From: Bacteroidales bacterium | Lineage (GTDB): Bacteria > Bacteroidota > Bacteroidia > Bacteroidales > WCHB1-69 | Direction: 5' to 3' | DNA: 64,000 nt | Assembly (NCBI GenBank): GCA_045598105.1 | Contig: JAZLLK010000087.1 | Coordinates: forward strand, 11,772-75,771 | Part shown: positions 1 through 8,780 of the stretch, piece after piece | Numbering within the stretch: position 1 is the first letter of the stretch | Layout of the letters: the number at the start of each line of letters is the position of its first letter | The notes under the pieces: model-generated | Databases searched by the model: none | What the model saw: only the letters and a program-made list of their open reading frames with translations | Told to the model about the DNA's origin: nothing | Program-made: the position numbers and the translations under genes

Positions 1-338
1 GGAAATGACATATTCATGTATTTATTTATCACCTTTGATAATACGGTTTTATTAGTACCTAATAGCATTGACAATGATTTTATGCTAAGCGCTTTATCCA
101 AGTATATTTTTTCCTGCTCAAATAAATTTTTAAGTTCTTCCAGCAACCTTTTTTCATTAGCATCATCGGCCTTTTCACTATGATACATGCTTACATCTAT
201 CCATATAAGGTCTTTTTTGTGCTGCATTAGACTTTGTTTTAACAGTTTTTTATGTGCATAACTCTTTTGAGCCAAACACAGACTCAAAATCACAATAGTT
301 ATTAACAATACTACTATTATAACGTATTCTTTTACCAT
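1..338 (-). CDS. AraC-type HTH regulator, N-terminal part (continues beyond window edge)
   Basis: Absent from the ORF track because no stop lies in the window. The reverse-strand ATG at 338-336 gives MVKEYVIIVVLLITIVILSL (a TM helix), then LSIKSLSMLLGTNKTVLSKVINKYMNMSF, which looks like the start of an AraC/XylS HTH. Confidence 0.5.
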   Translation of the reverse strand, partial: MVKEYVIIVVLLITIVILSLCLAQKSYAHKKLLKQSLMQHKKDLIWIDVSMYHSEKADDANEKRLLEELKNLFEQEKIYLDKALSIKSLSMLLGTNKTVLSKVINKYMNMSF

Positions 339-364
339 TATTTAATAATTTTAATATACATAGG

Positions 365-372
365 CAAAAGTA
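365..372 (-). promoter_or_regulatory. Bacteroidota -7 box (TActTTTG on minus strand) for the AraC-like gene
   Basis: The plus strand reads CAAAAGTA, 27 nt upstream of the minus-strand ATG at 338. Confidence 0.5.
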
Positions 373-398
373 GCACTTTTATTTGTAATAATTTCTTG

Positions 399-438
399 TT
401 TTTGCCGTTTCTTTACAAATTTTTGCCGTTTCTTTACA
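399..438. repeat. Perfect 19-bp direct repeat x2 (TTTTTGCCGTTTCTTTACA), 21-bp period
   Basis: The copies at 399-417 and 420-438 are identical. They lie between the divergent regulator and hdr-like promoters. Confidence 0.9.
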
Positions 439-480
439 TTTTTAGCGGGCTATACCGGTCTTTTTTTATTCAAAAAATGA

Positions 481-488
481 TACCTTTG
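481..488 (+). promoter_or_regulatory. -7 box TAccTTTG (distal hdr-like promoter P1)
   Basis: Part of the duplicated block AAAAAATGATAcCTTTGT (472-489). Confidence 0.4.
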
Positions 489-532
489 TCTTTTTTATCA
501 TACGCATTATTTGGCATGTGAATAAAAAATGA

Positions 533-540
533 TAACTTTG
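533..540 (+). promoter_or_regulatory. -7 box TAacTTTG (proximal hdr-like promoter P2) with a -33 TTTG at 510-513
   Basis: Part of the duplicated block AAAAAATGATAaCTTTGT (524-541). The TTTG lies 19 nt upstream, and the ATG at 570 is 30 nt downstream. Confidence 0.6.
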
Positions 541-569
541 TAAGTTGTAATAATGGGATAAAAGTTTAT

Positions 570-1286
570 ATGGGAATTATTACCGATAAAATAAAAAATG
601 ATGTTCGCTTTCAGGAAGCGTTTAAATCATGTATGAATTGTGGCATGTGCACAGCCGTATGCCCTGCTGCCGAATTCTACCTGTATGACCCGCGAAATAT
701 ATGTAACATAGTTCAGCGCGGCAATGATGAAGAACTGGAAAAATTACTTCGCTCTAATGCCATTTGGTACTGCGGGCAATGTATGTCGTGTAAAACACGC
801 TGTCCTCGCGGTAATGCACCGGGAGTGGTAATAACCATACTGCGTTCCATTAGTCAGGAAATGGGATATTTTACTGATAGCGAAAAAGGAAGACAACAAT
901 ATGCCATAGAACAAATAGTAGGTAGCAATATACTTAATATAGGATATTGTGTACATCCTGACACGGTAGATCCTGATTTGCACCCCGAGCAGGGGCCGGT
1001 GTGGTCATGGTTTGTAAAAAACATAGACGCCCTTAGTGAAAAAATGGGTATTAACTGGAAAAAGGAAGGCGCCGGTGCCTTAAGAAATATTAGTAGGGAA
1101 AATTTGGACGAAATGAAGAAAATATTTGACGTAACCGGTGGCACCGAACTGAGAAAACGCATAGAACAATATTCCGAAGAAAAAGCTAAAGAGCTTAATA
1201 TAAGTACTACACGTGAAGAAAATAAAAAATACAGCGACTATTTGATGAACACCATGACCCAAAACAATAACCAACATTGTAAATAA
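570..1286 (+). CDS. HdrC-like 2x[4Fe-4S] protein
   Basis: Two CxxCxxCxxxCP motifs (CMNCGMCTAVCP and CGQCMSCKTRCP), spaced as in heterodisulfide reductase subunit C. First gene of a tightly packed operon. Confidence 0.75.
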   Translation: MGIITDKIKNDVRFQEAFKSCMNCGMCTAVCPAAEFYLYDPRNICNIVQRGNDEELEKLLRSNAIWYCGQCMSCKTRCPRGNAPGVVITILRSISQEMGYFTDSEKGRQQYAIEQIVGSNILNIGYCVHPDTVDPDLHPEQGPVWSWFVKNIDALSEKMGINWKKEGAGALRNISRENLDEMKKIFDVTGGTELRKRIEQYSEEKAKELNISTTREENKKYSDYLMNTMTQNNNQHCK

Positions 1287-1291
1287 TAATT

Positions 1292-2353
1292 ATGGAACAT
1301 AAAAAACGTTTTTGGAACGAATATCAAAAGGACATAGCTGACGATCACTATTTTTTTGCCCGCAGTTGCATACGTCAAAGTTTTAACCCCGGTGCCGAAG
1401 CCATGTTTTTAACCATGCTGAAAAACGACTTACATAAAGATATTATAGATGATGCTAATCAACATACCTGCACCGGTATAGGCTACCATTCCGACGTGGT
1501 TCCCTTTTACACTACCGCTACCATTATGGCTCGCCTGTTCTCACTCATGACCGAATTAGGCTATAAAAATTACGTTCCGTCATGTGTTACCTCCTTTGGC
1601 TTATACGTGGAAGTGCTGGAAACATGGAAAAACGAACCCGAAACTTTGGAAAAAACAAGGGAATACCTGTACCAAGCCTGCAAACGGGAATTTGAAGTAC
1701 CTGAAAATATAGCTCACGCATCAGATATTATATATAAATTTCGTAATGAGCTAAAAGCTAAAATGAAATATCAGCTTATTAACAAAAAAACAGGAAAACC
1801 CCTTAGAGGTGTAGAACATGTGGGCTGCCACTATGCTAAAGTATTTCCTTCCTTTGGTGAAGGTGGTGCCGAATTTCCTTATGTATTGGCAGGCCTTATA
1901 GAAGCATGGGGAGGCGAAGTAATAGACTACCCTGAACGCCGCCACTGCTGCGGATTCGGCTTTAGAAACTATCTGGTTCAATCTAACCGCGGCTATTCTA
2001 TTAATAATACCCATAAAAAACTGGAATCTATGGAACCTTATCATCCTGATTTTATACTTACCAATTGCCCGGGATGTAACATGTTTATAGACCGTTGGCA
2101 ATACACCATAGCCGAAATGGAACACAAAACATATGATACGGAAGGTAAAGGTATACCTGTGCTTTCACATGAAGAACTGGCTGCCCTGCTCATGGGCTAC
2201 GACCCATGGAAAATAGGCTTACAACTGCATCAGGTACAATGTGAATCTTTAATGGACAAAATAGGAATAGAATATAATCCGGCTGAAAAATATGCCGATA
2301 GCAAAGGTAATTTGCTTACACCTCCCGAAAAACCTGATTTTTTAAAAATTTAA
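1292..2353 (+). CDS. HdrB-like CCG-domain protein
   Basis: The C-terminal CCG domain is intact (GCHYAKV...RHCCGFGF...TNCPGCN). The N-terminal copy is degenerate (CIRQ...HTCTGIG...PSCVTS). Confidence 0.7.
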   Translation: MEHKKRFWNEYQKDIADDHYFFARSCIRQSFNPGAEAMFLTMLKNDLHKDIIDDANQHTCTGIGYHSDVVPFYTTATIMARLFSLMTELGYKNYVPSCVTSFGLYVEVLETWKNEPETLEKTREYLYQACKREFEVPENIAHASDIIYKFRNELKAKMKYQLINKKTGKPLRGVEHVGCHYAKVFPSFGEGGAEFPYVLAGLIEAWGGEVIDYPERRHCCGFGFRNYLVQSNRGYSINNTHKKLESMEPYHPDFILTNCPGCNMFIDRWQYTIAEMEHKTYDTEGKGIPVLSHEELAALLMGYDPWKIGLQLHQVQCESLMDKIGIEYNPAEKYADSKGNLLTPPEKPDFLKI

Positions 2354-2369
2354 CTTTTAAGCAAAGAAT

Positions 2370-3392
2370 ATGAACAATATAGACGTTATCATAATAGGCG
2401 GCGGTCCTGCCGGTATTCAAGCTGCCATCCGCTTGGGACAATTCACCTGTAAAACCCTCATTATAGAAAAAGAAAACACCATAGGCGGTAAACTTACCCA
2501 ATGGGATAAGCTGTTTCCTGATTTTTATTCGGCAGAAGAACTTTTACAACATTTAAGTGCCCGGCTGAATGAAAATGTAAGTATTATTACCTCCCAAGCC
2601 GTTACTGATATTAATCATACTGATAACATATGGACAGTTACCACTGCCAATAACTCCTCTTATACAGCTAAAGCTGTATTGCTGGCCAGTGGCTATGACT
2701 TTTTTGACGCTAAACGAAAAGAAGAATTTGGTTATGGCATATACCCTAATGTAATTACCTCTGTAGAACTGGAAGCCATGATAAAAAATGGCAACATACA
2801 TACTCTGGATGGTCGTACACCACAAAGAATAGCTTATTTACAATGTGTGGGATCACGTGACGAAAAAGTAGGCAACCACTACTGCTCTATTAACTGCTGT
2901 ATATGTGCCGTAAAACAAAGCATAGAAGTACGGGAACTCCTACCTGAAGTAGAACAATACTGCTTTTATATGGATTTACGTATGGCAGGCCAACATTATG
3001 AAGAACTCTATAGAAAAGCACAAGAAAAATACAATGTACAATTTATACGCGGGCGCGTATCGGAAGCTGCTGCCACTATAGACCATCGTATACAAATAAA
3101 AGCAGAAAATACCCTGCTTTCTACTCCATTAAAACTTACGGTGGATCTGTTTGTACTTATGATAGGTATGGAAGCCGGCCACACTACACGCTACATAAGC
3201 CAAAAATTCAACATTAATAATAACTACGGATTTTTGCAAAGCAAACAACGTTATTACAATGATAATGAAACCGAATTGGAAGGCCTGTTTTTAGCAGGTA
3301 CCTGCAAACGTCCCATGACTATTCCCAAGTCACTCAAAGATGGTGATGCAGCCGCCAATGCCGTGTTTACTTATATTCAAAACATAAAATAA
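2370..3392 (+). CDS. HdrA-like FAD-dependent oxidoreductase (short form)
   Basis: IIIGGGPAGIQAA dinucleotide fold plus the HdrA-type cysteine signature CVGSRDEKVGNHYCSINCC. At 340 aa it lacks the ferredoxin inserts of full-length HdrA. Confidence 0.7.
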   Translation: MNNIDVIIIGGGPAGIQAAIRLGQFTCKTLIIEKENTIGGKLTQWDKLFPDFYSAEELLQHLSARLNENVSIITSQAVTDINHTDNIWTVTTANNSSYTAKAVLLASGYDFFDAKRKEEFGYGIYPNVITSVELEAMIKNGNIHTLDGRTPQRIAYLQCVGSRDEKVGNHYCSINCCICAVKQSIEVRELLPEVEQYCFYMDLRMAGQHYEELYRKAQEKYNVQFIRGRVSEAAATIDHRIQIKAENTLLSTPLKLTVDLFVLMIGMEAGHTTRYISQKFNINNNYGFLQSKQRYYNDNETELEGLFLAGTCKRPMTIPKSLKDGDAAANAVFTYIQNIK

Positions 3393-3736
3393 TGAAAGAT
3401 TTTGGATTTAACTTATATAAAGGTCGTACTCTTGATTATGACAACTGCGATTTTTCACTAAAGAAAAATTTAGAACAACAGGTTCCGTCATATAAACGCT
3501 GTATAGGTTGTGGCGCCTGCGCCTCATCATGCTCTGCCGCCAAATTCACTAACTTCAGCATAGTAAAATGTAATATGCTTTTTCGCAATGCCAAATATGA
3601 TGACTTAAAACAGGAACTTGACAAATGTATGCTATGCGGAAAATGCACTATAATATGCCCCAGAGGTGTAAATATACGCCGTATGATATTAGAAATGAGA
3701 AATTTAATAGAAAAACACACACATAATAATGAATAA
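3392..3736 (+). CDS. 2x[4Fe-4S] ferredoxin-domain protein
   Basis: CIGCGACASSC and CMLCGKCTIICP motifs. TAATG overlap with the upstream gene. Confidence 0.75.
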   Translation: MKDFGFNLYKGRTLDYDNCDFSLKKNLEQQVPSYKRCIGCGACASSCSAAKFTNFSIVKCNMLFRNAKYDDLKQELDKCMLCGKCTIICPRGVNIRRMILEMRNLIEKHTHNNE

Positions 3737-5498
3737 TTATCATCCGTTTGTTCTTCCTTTTTTTATAGGAACTATTATACTATTTGCTATTCTTATAGGT
3801 CTTTTTGCAAAATGGCTTATACAAATGGACAAACACCAACAAAAAACTGCTCTTAAAAATATTATCAGTTTTAAAACCATTAAAGCTATATGGGAAGCTA
3901 TAAGAGAATGCTTATTCCATAGAAATATATTCCGTACTAATCCCGTATTAGGCTATATGCACCTTAGCTTTGCCTTTGGCTGGTTTTTACTAATAGTAAT
4001 AGGTAAAATAGAAACCACCTTCTATAGCCGTACATTTTTTGATGAATTTTGGCTGGCCATATTCTTCCGCTACTTTGAAGATACTTCCATAAGTTTTACT
4101 GCCAGCCACTTACTTACTACCATAATGGATGCCTGCCTGCTTTTTGTATTATCAGGTGTGTGTATGGCTATAATTAAGCGTTTTTATTCCAAAATGTATG
4201 GTATGAAAAAAACTACCAAACACACCACTATTGATCGCATAGCCCTGGCTTCATTATGGTGTATATTTCCTTTTAGATTGCTGGCCGAAAGTATTACTGC
4301 AGGCATAAAACATAACGGAGGCTTTCTTACTCAAACATTGGGCAATGCCCTTAGTTTTTTACCATTAGAACAAATACAACTGCCCATGTGGTGGCTTTAC
4401 TCTATAGCCTTATGTACTTTTTTCATATTCATGCCTTTTACCCGTTATATGCATATATTTACCGAAGTACTTTTAATATTTTTGCGTAAATGGGGCGTTA
4501 CCGAAAATAATTACAAAACAGGTTATACTTCCATAGAAATGAATGCCTGCTCCCGCTGTGGAATTTGCTTGGACGTGTGTCCGCTTAATACCGAAGCAGG
4601 TATTAATAATGTACAATCGGTATATTTTATCAAAAATGCCCGCTATGGTACACTCACAAGCGATGTAGCCGATAACTGCCTTATGTGTGGTAGATGTTCT
4701 CAAGCTTGCCCTGTAGGACTGGAATCTACTAAAATAAGACAAATTATGCGTAAAAAAGAGCAATTTAATAACCATGATTATTATCAATATATACCTGAAA
4801 ATATAGCTGCTCATAATGAAGAAGTAATATATTTTGCCGGATGTATGTCACATATTACTACTTCCATTCCCATAGCTATGCAACATATATTTAAGGCAGC
4901 CAATGTAAAATACTGGTACATGGATGAACATGAAACCATGTGTTGCGGTCGTCCTCTTATGCAACAAGGACTTGATAAACAGGCTGAAATATTAAGAAAT
5001 AAAAATACCAAAGCTATTTTAGATTCAGGTATTGCTACTTTGGTTACTTCATGTCCTATTTGCTATAAATCATTTAAAGAAGAATATAACTTACCTATAA
5101 AGGTAATGCACCATACTCAATATATAGAACATCTTATAAAACAAGGAAAACTGAAAGTAAAAAAATCAGATATAAAGGTTACTTATCATGACCCCTGTGA
5201 ATTGGGAAGAGGATGTAATATATATGACGAACCACGTAATATATTGAATTCCGTATCACAATTAATGAGTGTGAAAATGGAAAAAGAAAACAGCTTGTGC
5301 TGCGGTTATAACCTGGCCAATACCAAACTGGAACTAAGTGAGCAAATGAAAATAAGAAACAATACTCTTAATAACCTTACACAACCTCATCCTGATACTG
5401 TAGTTACAGCCTGCCCTATGTGTAAAAGAGCACTGCAACACGGTACTTTAACTAATGTAAAAGATATAGCTGAAATAGTTACCGAACATATTTTATAA
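3729..5498 (+). CDS. Membrane-anchored Fe-S/CCG protein (NarI/DsrM-like TM domain fused to a DsrK/HdrD-like domain)
   Basis: The N-terminal ~250 aa are hydrophobic, with conserved-looking His residues (GYMHLSF, PFTRYMHIF). These are followed by CSRCGICLDVCP and CLMCGRCSQACP, then two CCG domains (FAGCM..MCCGRP..SCPICY; HDPCELG..LCCGYN..ACPMCK). It overlaps the upstream gene by 8 nt. Confidence 0.7.
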   Translation: MNNYHPFVLPFFIGTIILFAILIGLFAKWLIQMDKHQQKTALKNIISFKTIKAIWEAIRECLFHRNIFRTNPVLGYMHLSFAFGWFLLIVIGKIETTFYSRTFFDEFWLAIFFRYFEDTSISFTASHLLTTIMDACLLFVLSGVCMAIIKRFYSKMYGMKKTTKHTTIDRIALASLWCIFPFRLLAESITAGIKHNGGFLTQTLGNALSFLPLEQIQLPMWWLYSIALCTFFIFMPFTRYMHIFTEVLLIFLRKWGVTENNYKTGYTSIEMNACSRCGICLDVCPLNTEAGINNVQSVYFIKNARYGTLTSDVADNCLMCGRCSQACPVGLESTKIRQIMRKKEQFNNHDYYQYIPENIAAHNEEVIYFAGCMSHITTSIPIAMQHIFKAANVKYWYMDEHETMCCGRPLMQQGLDKQAEILRNKNTKAILDSGIATLVTSCPICYKSFKEEYNLPIKVMHHTQYIEHLIKQGKLKVKKSDIKVTYHDPCELGRGCNIYDEPRNILNSVSQLMSVKMEKENSLCCGYNLANTKLELSEQMKIRNNTLNNLTQPHPDTVVTACPMCKRALQHGTLTNVKDIAEIVTEHIL

Positions 5499-5697
5499 TA
5501 CAAAATCATATAAATGAACCATTGTTAATAAATAAAAATAATAAAAATAATAAAACACTAAATTTCAATAACTTAAAAAAAATATTTAAAAGGCTTATTT
5601 ATAGATATATATATAAAAAAAAGGTTGCAAGTATTTTACTGTAAATATATTATAAATTATCAACATAGTAATGTTTATATCCGTTTTATAACATTTT

Positions 5698-5740
5698 AAA
5701 ACATGTTCAAAACTTAGTTTTGAACATGTTTTAATTTTTT
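5698..5740 (+). terminator. Intrinsic terminator (17-bp perfect palindrome plus T-run)
   Basis: AAAACATGTTCAAAACT/T/AGTTTTGAACATGTTTT followed by AATTTTTT, about 200 nt after the operon stop. Confidence 0.6.
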
Positions 5741-5900
5741 ATAAGCAAAATAATAAACAATTTTAAACTGTATAAATATCTATAACACTTATTAAAAAAA
5801 ACTTTTCAACTGTTTTAACATTGTTATATACTATCACACTCTTTAAAAAAAATGAAATAAACCTATAATAATAACGAACATAAAATCATAAAAAATATGC

Positions 5901-5908
5901 TACCTTTG
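5901..5908 (+). promoter_or_regulatory. -7 box TAccTTTG (nadA)
   Basis: 27 nt upstream of the ATG at 5935. Confidence 0.55.
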
Positions 5909-5934
5909 CAACACTAAAAAAAATACAAAAAAAT

Positions 5935-6849
5935 ATGAATTACAAAGAGCAGATATTAAAACTGAAAAAAGAACAAAATGCTGTAATATTGGCACATTAT
6001 TACACTACCGGTGAAGTGCAGGATATAGCTGATTGTTTAGGTGATAGCCTTGCTTTGGCTCAATATGCACAGCAGACGCATGCTAATAAAATTATATTTG
6101 CCGGAGTTTATTTTATGGCCGAAACGGCCAAAATATTGAATCCTACTAAGCAGGTTTTAATACCGGATGTAAAAGCATCATGCTCATTGGCCGATAGTTG
6201 TAAAGTAGAAGATTTTAAATTATTTAAAAGTCTTTATCCTGACTATAAGGTTATTACATATGTAAATTGTAGTGCAGAAATTAAAACTTTATCTGATGTG
6301 GTGTGTACATCAGGTAATGCAGTAAAAATAGTGGAAAGCTTTCCTAAAAACGAAAAACTGATATTTGCTCCTGATAGAAATTTAGGTAATTATATAAATA
6401 AACTTACCGGCAGAAACATGCTTTTGTGGGACGGAGCCTGTCATGTTCATGATGCCATAATGGCTATAGATGTTATAAGATTAAAAGCGCAATACCCTAA
6501 TGCTAAATTTATAGCTCATCCCGAATGTAAGTACACTATTCTTCAATATGCCGATTTTATAGGTTCTACTACCCAGCTTTTATCATATATACAGCATAAT
6601 GAAGCTGATACATTTATAGTAGGAACCGAAACAGGAATACTACATAAAATGAAAGAAACATGTCCAAATAAACATTTTATAATCTTATCAGCATGTAACA
6701 AATGCGGTAATGATTGTAATTACATGAAACTTAATTCATTGGAAAATATTTATAAGTGTTTGATTTCTTCGGAAAATGAGGTAAATTTAAGTGATGAAAT
6801 AATAAAAAAAGCCAAAACTTCCATATTAAGAATGTTTGATCTTTCGTAA
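5935..6849 (+). CDS. nadA: Quinolinate synthase
   Basis: N-terminus ...ILKLKKEQNAVILAHYY and overall NadA-like sequence, with conserved Cys residues. 304 aa. Confidence 0.9.
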   Translation: MNYKEQILKLKKEQNAVILAHYYTTGEVQDIADCLGDSLALAQYAQQTHANKIIFAGVYFMAETAKILNPTKQVLIPDVKASCSLADSCKVEDFKLFKSLYPDYKVITYVNCSAEIKTLSDVVCTSGNAVKIVESFPKNEKLIFAPDRNLGNYINKLTGRNMLLWDGACHVHDAIMAIDVIRLKAQYPNAKFIAHPECKYTILQYADFIGSTTQLLSYIQHNEADTFIVGTETGILHKMKETCPNKHFIILSACNKCGNDCNYMKLNSLENIYKCLISSENEVNLSDEIIKKAKTSILRMFDLS

Positions 6850-7013
6850 TGTAGTCAAATATGTTAATTTAGTAAAGCACAAGTAAAAGTAATAAATTAT
6901 TATATATAAAATATTTTATTTTTTTTTACTTGAAAAAAATAAAAATATATAAATTTGTAAAGTAATATGTTTGCTATATATGTAAAAAATTATAAGCATA
7001 GCAGTATTTTATT

Positions 7014-7049
7014 TGTTTCTGCCTTACATAGGCAGAAACAAAATTTTTT
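7014..7049. terminator. Bidirectional terminator hairpin between nadA and comM
   Basis: TGTTTCTGCC-ttacata-GGCAGAAACA followed by AAATTTTTT. Confidence 0.6.
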
Positions 7050-7080
7050 GTGATGTAAATATAAATATTTATGTTAATGT

Positions 7081-8619
7081 TTATTTACCCCAATTTTCCC
7101 TGTCAAGGCTTCTAAAATTAATAGCTTCACTCAAATGTTTGACATATATATTTTCACTATTATCTAAATCGGCAATAGTACGGCTTACTTTAAGTATTCT
7201 GTCATAAGCTCTTGCAGAAAGACCTAATGTTTTCATAGCTGTTTTAAGTCTGTTAGTACTTTCTTCATCTAATTGGCAAAATTTATTTACCAGTTTGGTA
7301 TTCATTTGAGCATTACAATATATGCCTTCCACTTCTTTAAATCTTTCTATTTGAATTTTACGGGCTTGCATTACTCTTTCTCTTATAACGGCACTTTTTT
7401 CTCCTTTTCTTTTTTCGGAAAGTTGATTAAAGTTTACAGGTATTACTTCTACATGTAAATCTATTCTGTCCATAAGAGGACCTGATATTTTATTCAAATA
7501 TCGTTGTACTGTACCGCTTTGACAGGTACAATCTATAGTAGGATGATTGTAATATCCGCAGGGACAGGGGTTCATGGCAGCTATAAACATAAATGAAGTA
7601 GGGTATTCTACGCTCATTTTAGAGCGGGAAATAGTTACCACCCTGTCTTCTAAAGGCTGTCGCATTACTTCCAGCACCGAACGTTTAAATTCGGGCAATT
7701 CATCCAAAAACAGTACGCCGTTATGTGCCAATGAAATTTCACCCGGCTGAGGATTACTTCCACCACCTACTAAGGCTACATCAGATATGGTATGATGAGG
7801 TGCTCTAAATGGCCTTACCGTAATAAGTGAAGTATTTTTAGATATTTTTCCGGCTACGGAGTGTATTTTGGTAGTTTCTAACGATTCATGTAAGGTAAGA
7901 GGGGGTAATATAGATGGTATTCGCTTTGCCAACATGGTTTTGCCGCTTCCCGGAGGACCTATAAGTATGGCATTGTGGCCGCCTGCAGCAGCTATTTCCA
8001 AGGCTCTCTTAGTGTTTTCCTGCCCTTTTACGTCTTCAAAATCATATTCATATTCATTCACGGAGTTATAGAATTCTTCTCTGGTATTTACCACGGTTTC
8101 GGTAAGAGGCTTGTTGTCATTAAAAAAATCTATTACTTCTTTTATATTATCTACTCCATACACTTTCAAATCATTCACTATAGCGGCTTCTTTGGCGTTT
8201 TCTTTAGGTAATATAATGCCTTTAAATCCTTTAGCCCGTGATTCTATGGCTATGGGGAGTGCACCTTTTATGGGTTTAAGACATCCGTCAAGTGACAATT
8301 CACCCATAATTATGTATTCACTCAGGTGAGGAGCTTTTATTTGTTCCGATGCTACCAGTATACCTATAGCAATAGTTAAATCATAAGCCGATCCTTCTTT
8401 ACGAATATCGGCAGGTGCCATGTTAACAATTATTTTTTTACCGGGAATGCGGTACCCGAAATATTTAAGTGCCGAATCAATACGTTGTTCACTTTCTTTT
8501 ACGGCGCTATCAGGTAAACCCACTAAGTAGAAATTAACTCCGGCATCTACGTTTACTTCCACTGTGATAGTGGTAGCATTAATGCCGTAAATACAGCTTC
8601 CATAAGTCTTTGCAATCAT
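7081..8619 (-). CDS. comM: YifB/ComM family Mg-chelatase-like AAA ATPase
   Basis: N-terminal Lon-like domain, Walker A LIGPPGSGKTM, GVLFLDELPEF, and a C-terminal ChlI-like region. 512 aa. Confidence 0.9.
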   Translation of the reverse strand: MIAKTYGSCIYGINATTITVEVNVDAGVNFYLVGLPDSAVKESEQRIDSALKYFGYRIPGKKIIVNMAPADIRKEGSAYDLTIAIGILVASEQIKAPHLSEYIIMGELSLDGCLKPIKGALPIAIESRAKGFKGIILPKENAKEAAIVNDLKVYGVDNIKEVIDFFNDNKPLTETVVNTREEFYNSVNEYEYDFEDVKGQENTKRALEIAAAGGHNAILIGPPGSGKTMLAKRIPSILPPLTLHESLETTKIHSVAGKISKNTSLITVRPFRAPHHTISDVALVGGGSNPQPGEISLAHNGVLFLDELPEFKRSVLEVMRQPLEDRVVTISRSKMSVEYPTSFMFIAAMNPCPCGYYNHPTIDCTCQSGTVQRYLNKISGPLMDRIDLHVEVIPVNFNQLSEKRKGEKSAVIRERVMQARKIQIERFKEVEGIYCNAQMNTKLVNKFCQLDEESTNRLKTAMKTLGLSARAYDRILKVSRTIADLDNSENIYVKHLSEAINFRSLDRENWGK

Positions 8620-8734
8620 TTTTTAATAAGTTTGATAAATTAATAGTGCAAAGGTACAATCTTTTTTTGTTACATAGATAATATTACGGAAAATAATTTT
8701 AGGCTAATATGAGTAATATATCAAATAAAATGAT

Positions 8735-8742
8735 TACCTTTG
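8735..8742 (+). promoter_or_regulatory. -7 box TAccTTTG
   Basis: 39 nt upstream of the ATG at 8781. Confidence 0.5.
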
Positions 8743-8780
8743 TAAATTATTATATATACATTAGGCAAAATAGGTAAAAT

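Noticed and set aside
399-438. Direct repeats, considered as a CRISPR array or tandem-repeat locus.
   Set aside because: There are only two copies with a 2-nt spacer, and no cas genes are present. A regulator binding site is the better explanation.
5499-5934. A 436-bp very AT-rich intergenic region, considered as oriC or a DNA-unwinding element because parS sites are nearby.
   Set aside because: I found no perfect DnaA boxes (TTATCCACA/TGTGGATAA) here or in other spacers. The region is explained by a 3' UTR with terminator plus the nadA promoter.
7013-7207. Short ORFs in or across intergenic spacers (7013-7207, 18666-18960, 11619-11807, 59122-59319).
   Set aside because: They span terminators or promoters or overlap the ends of real genes, have low-complexity AT-driven composition, and show no motif.
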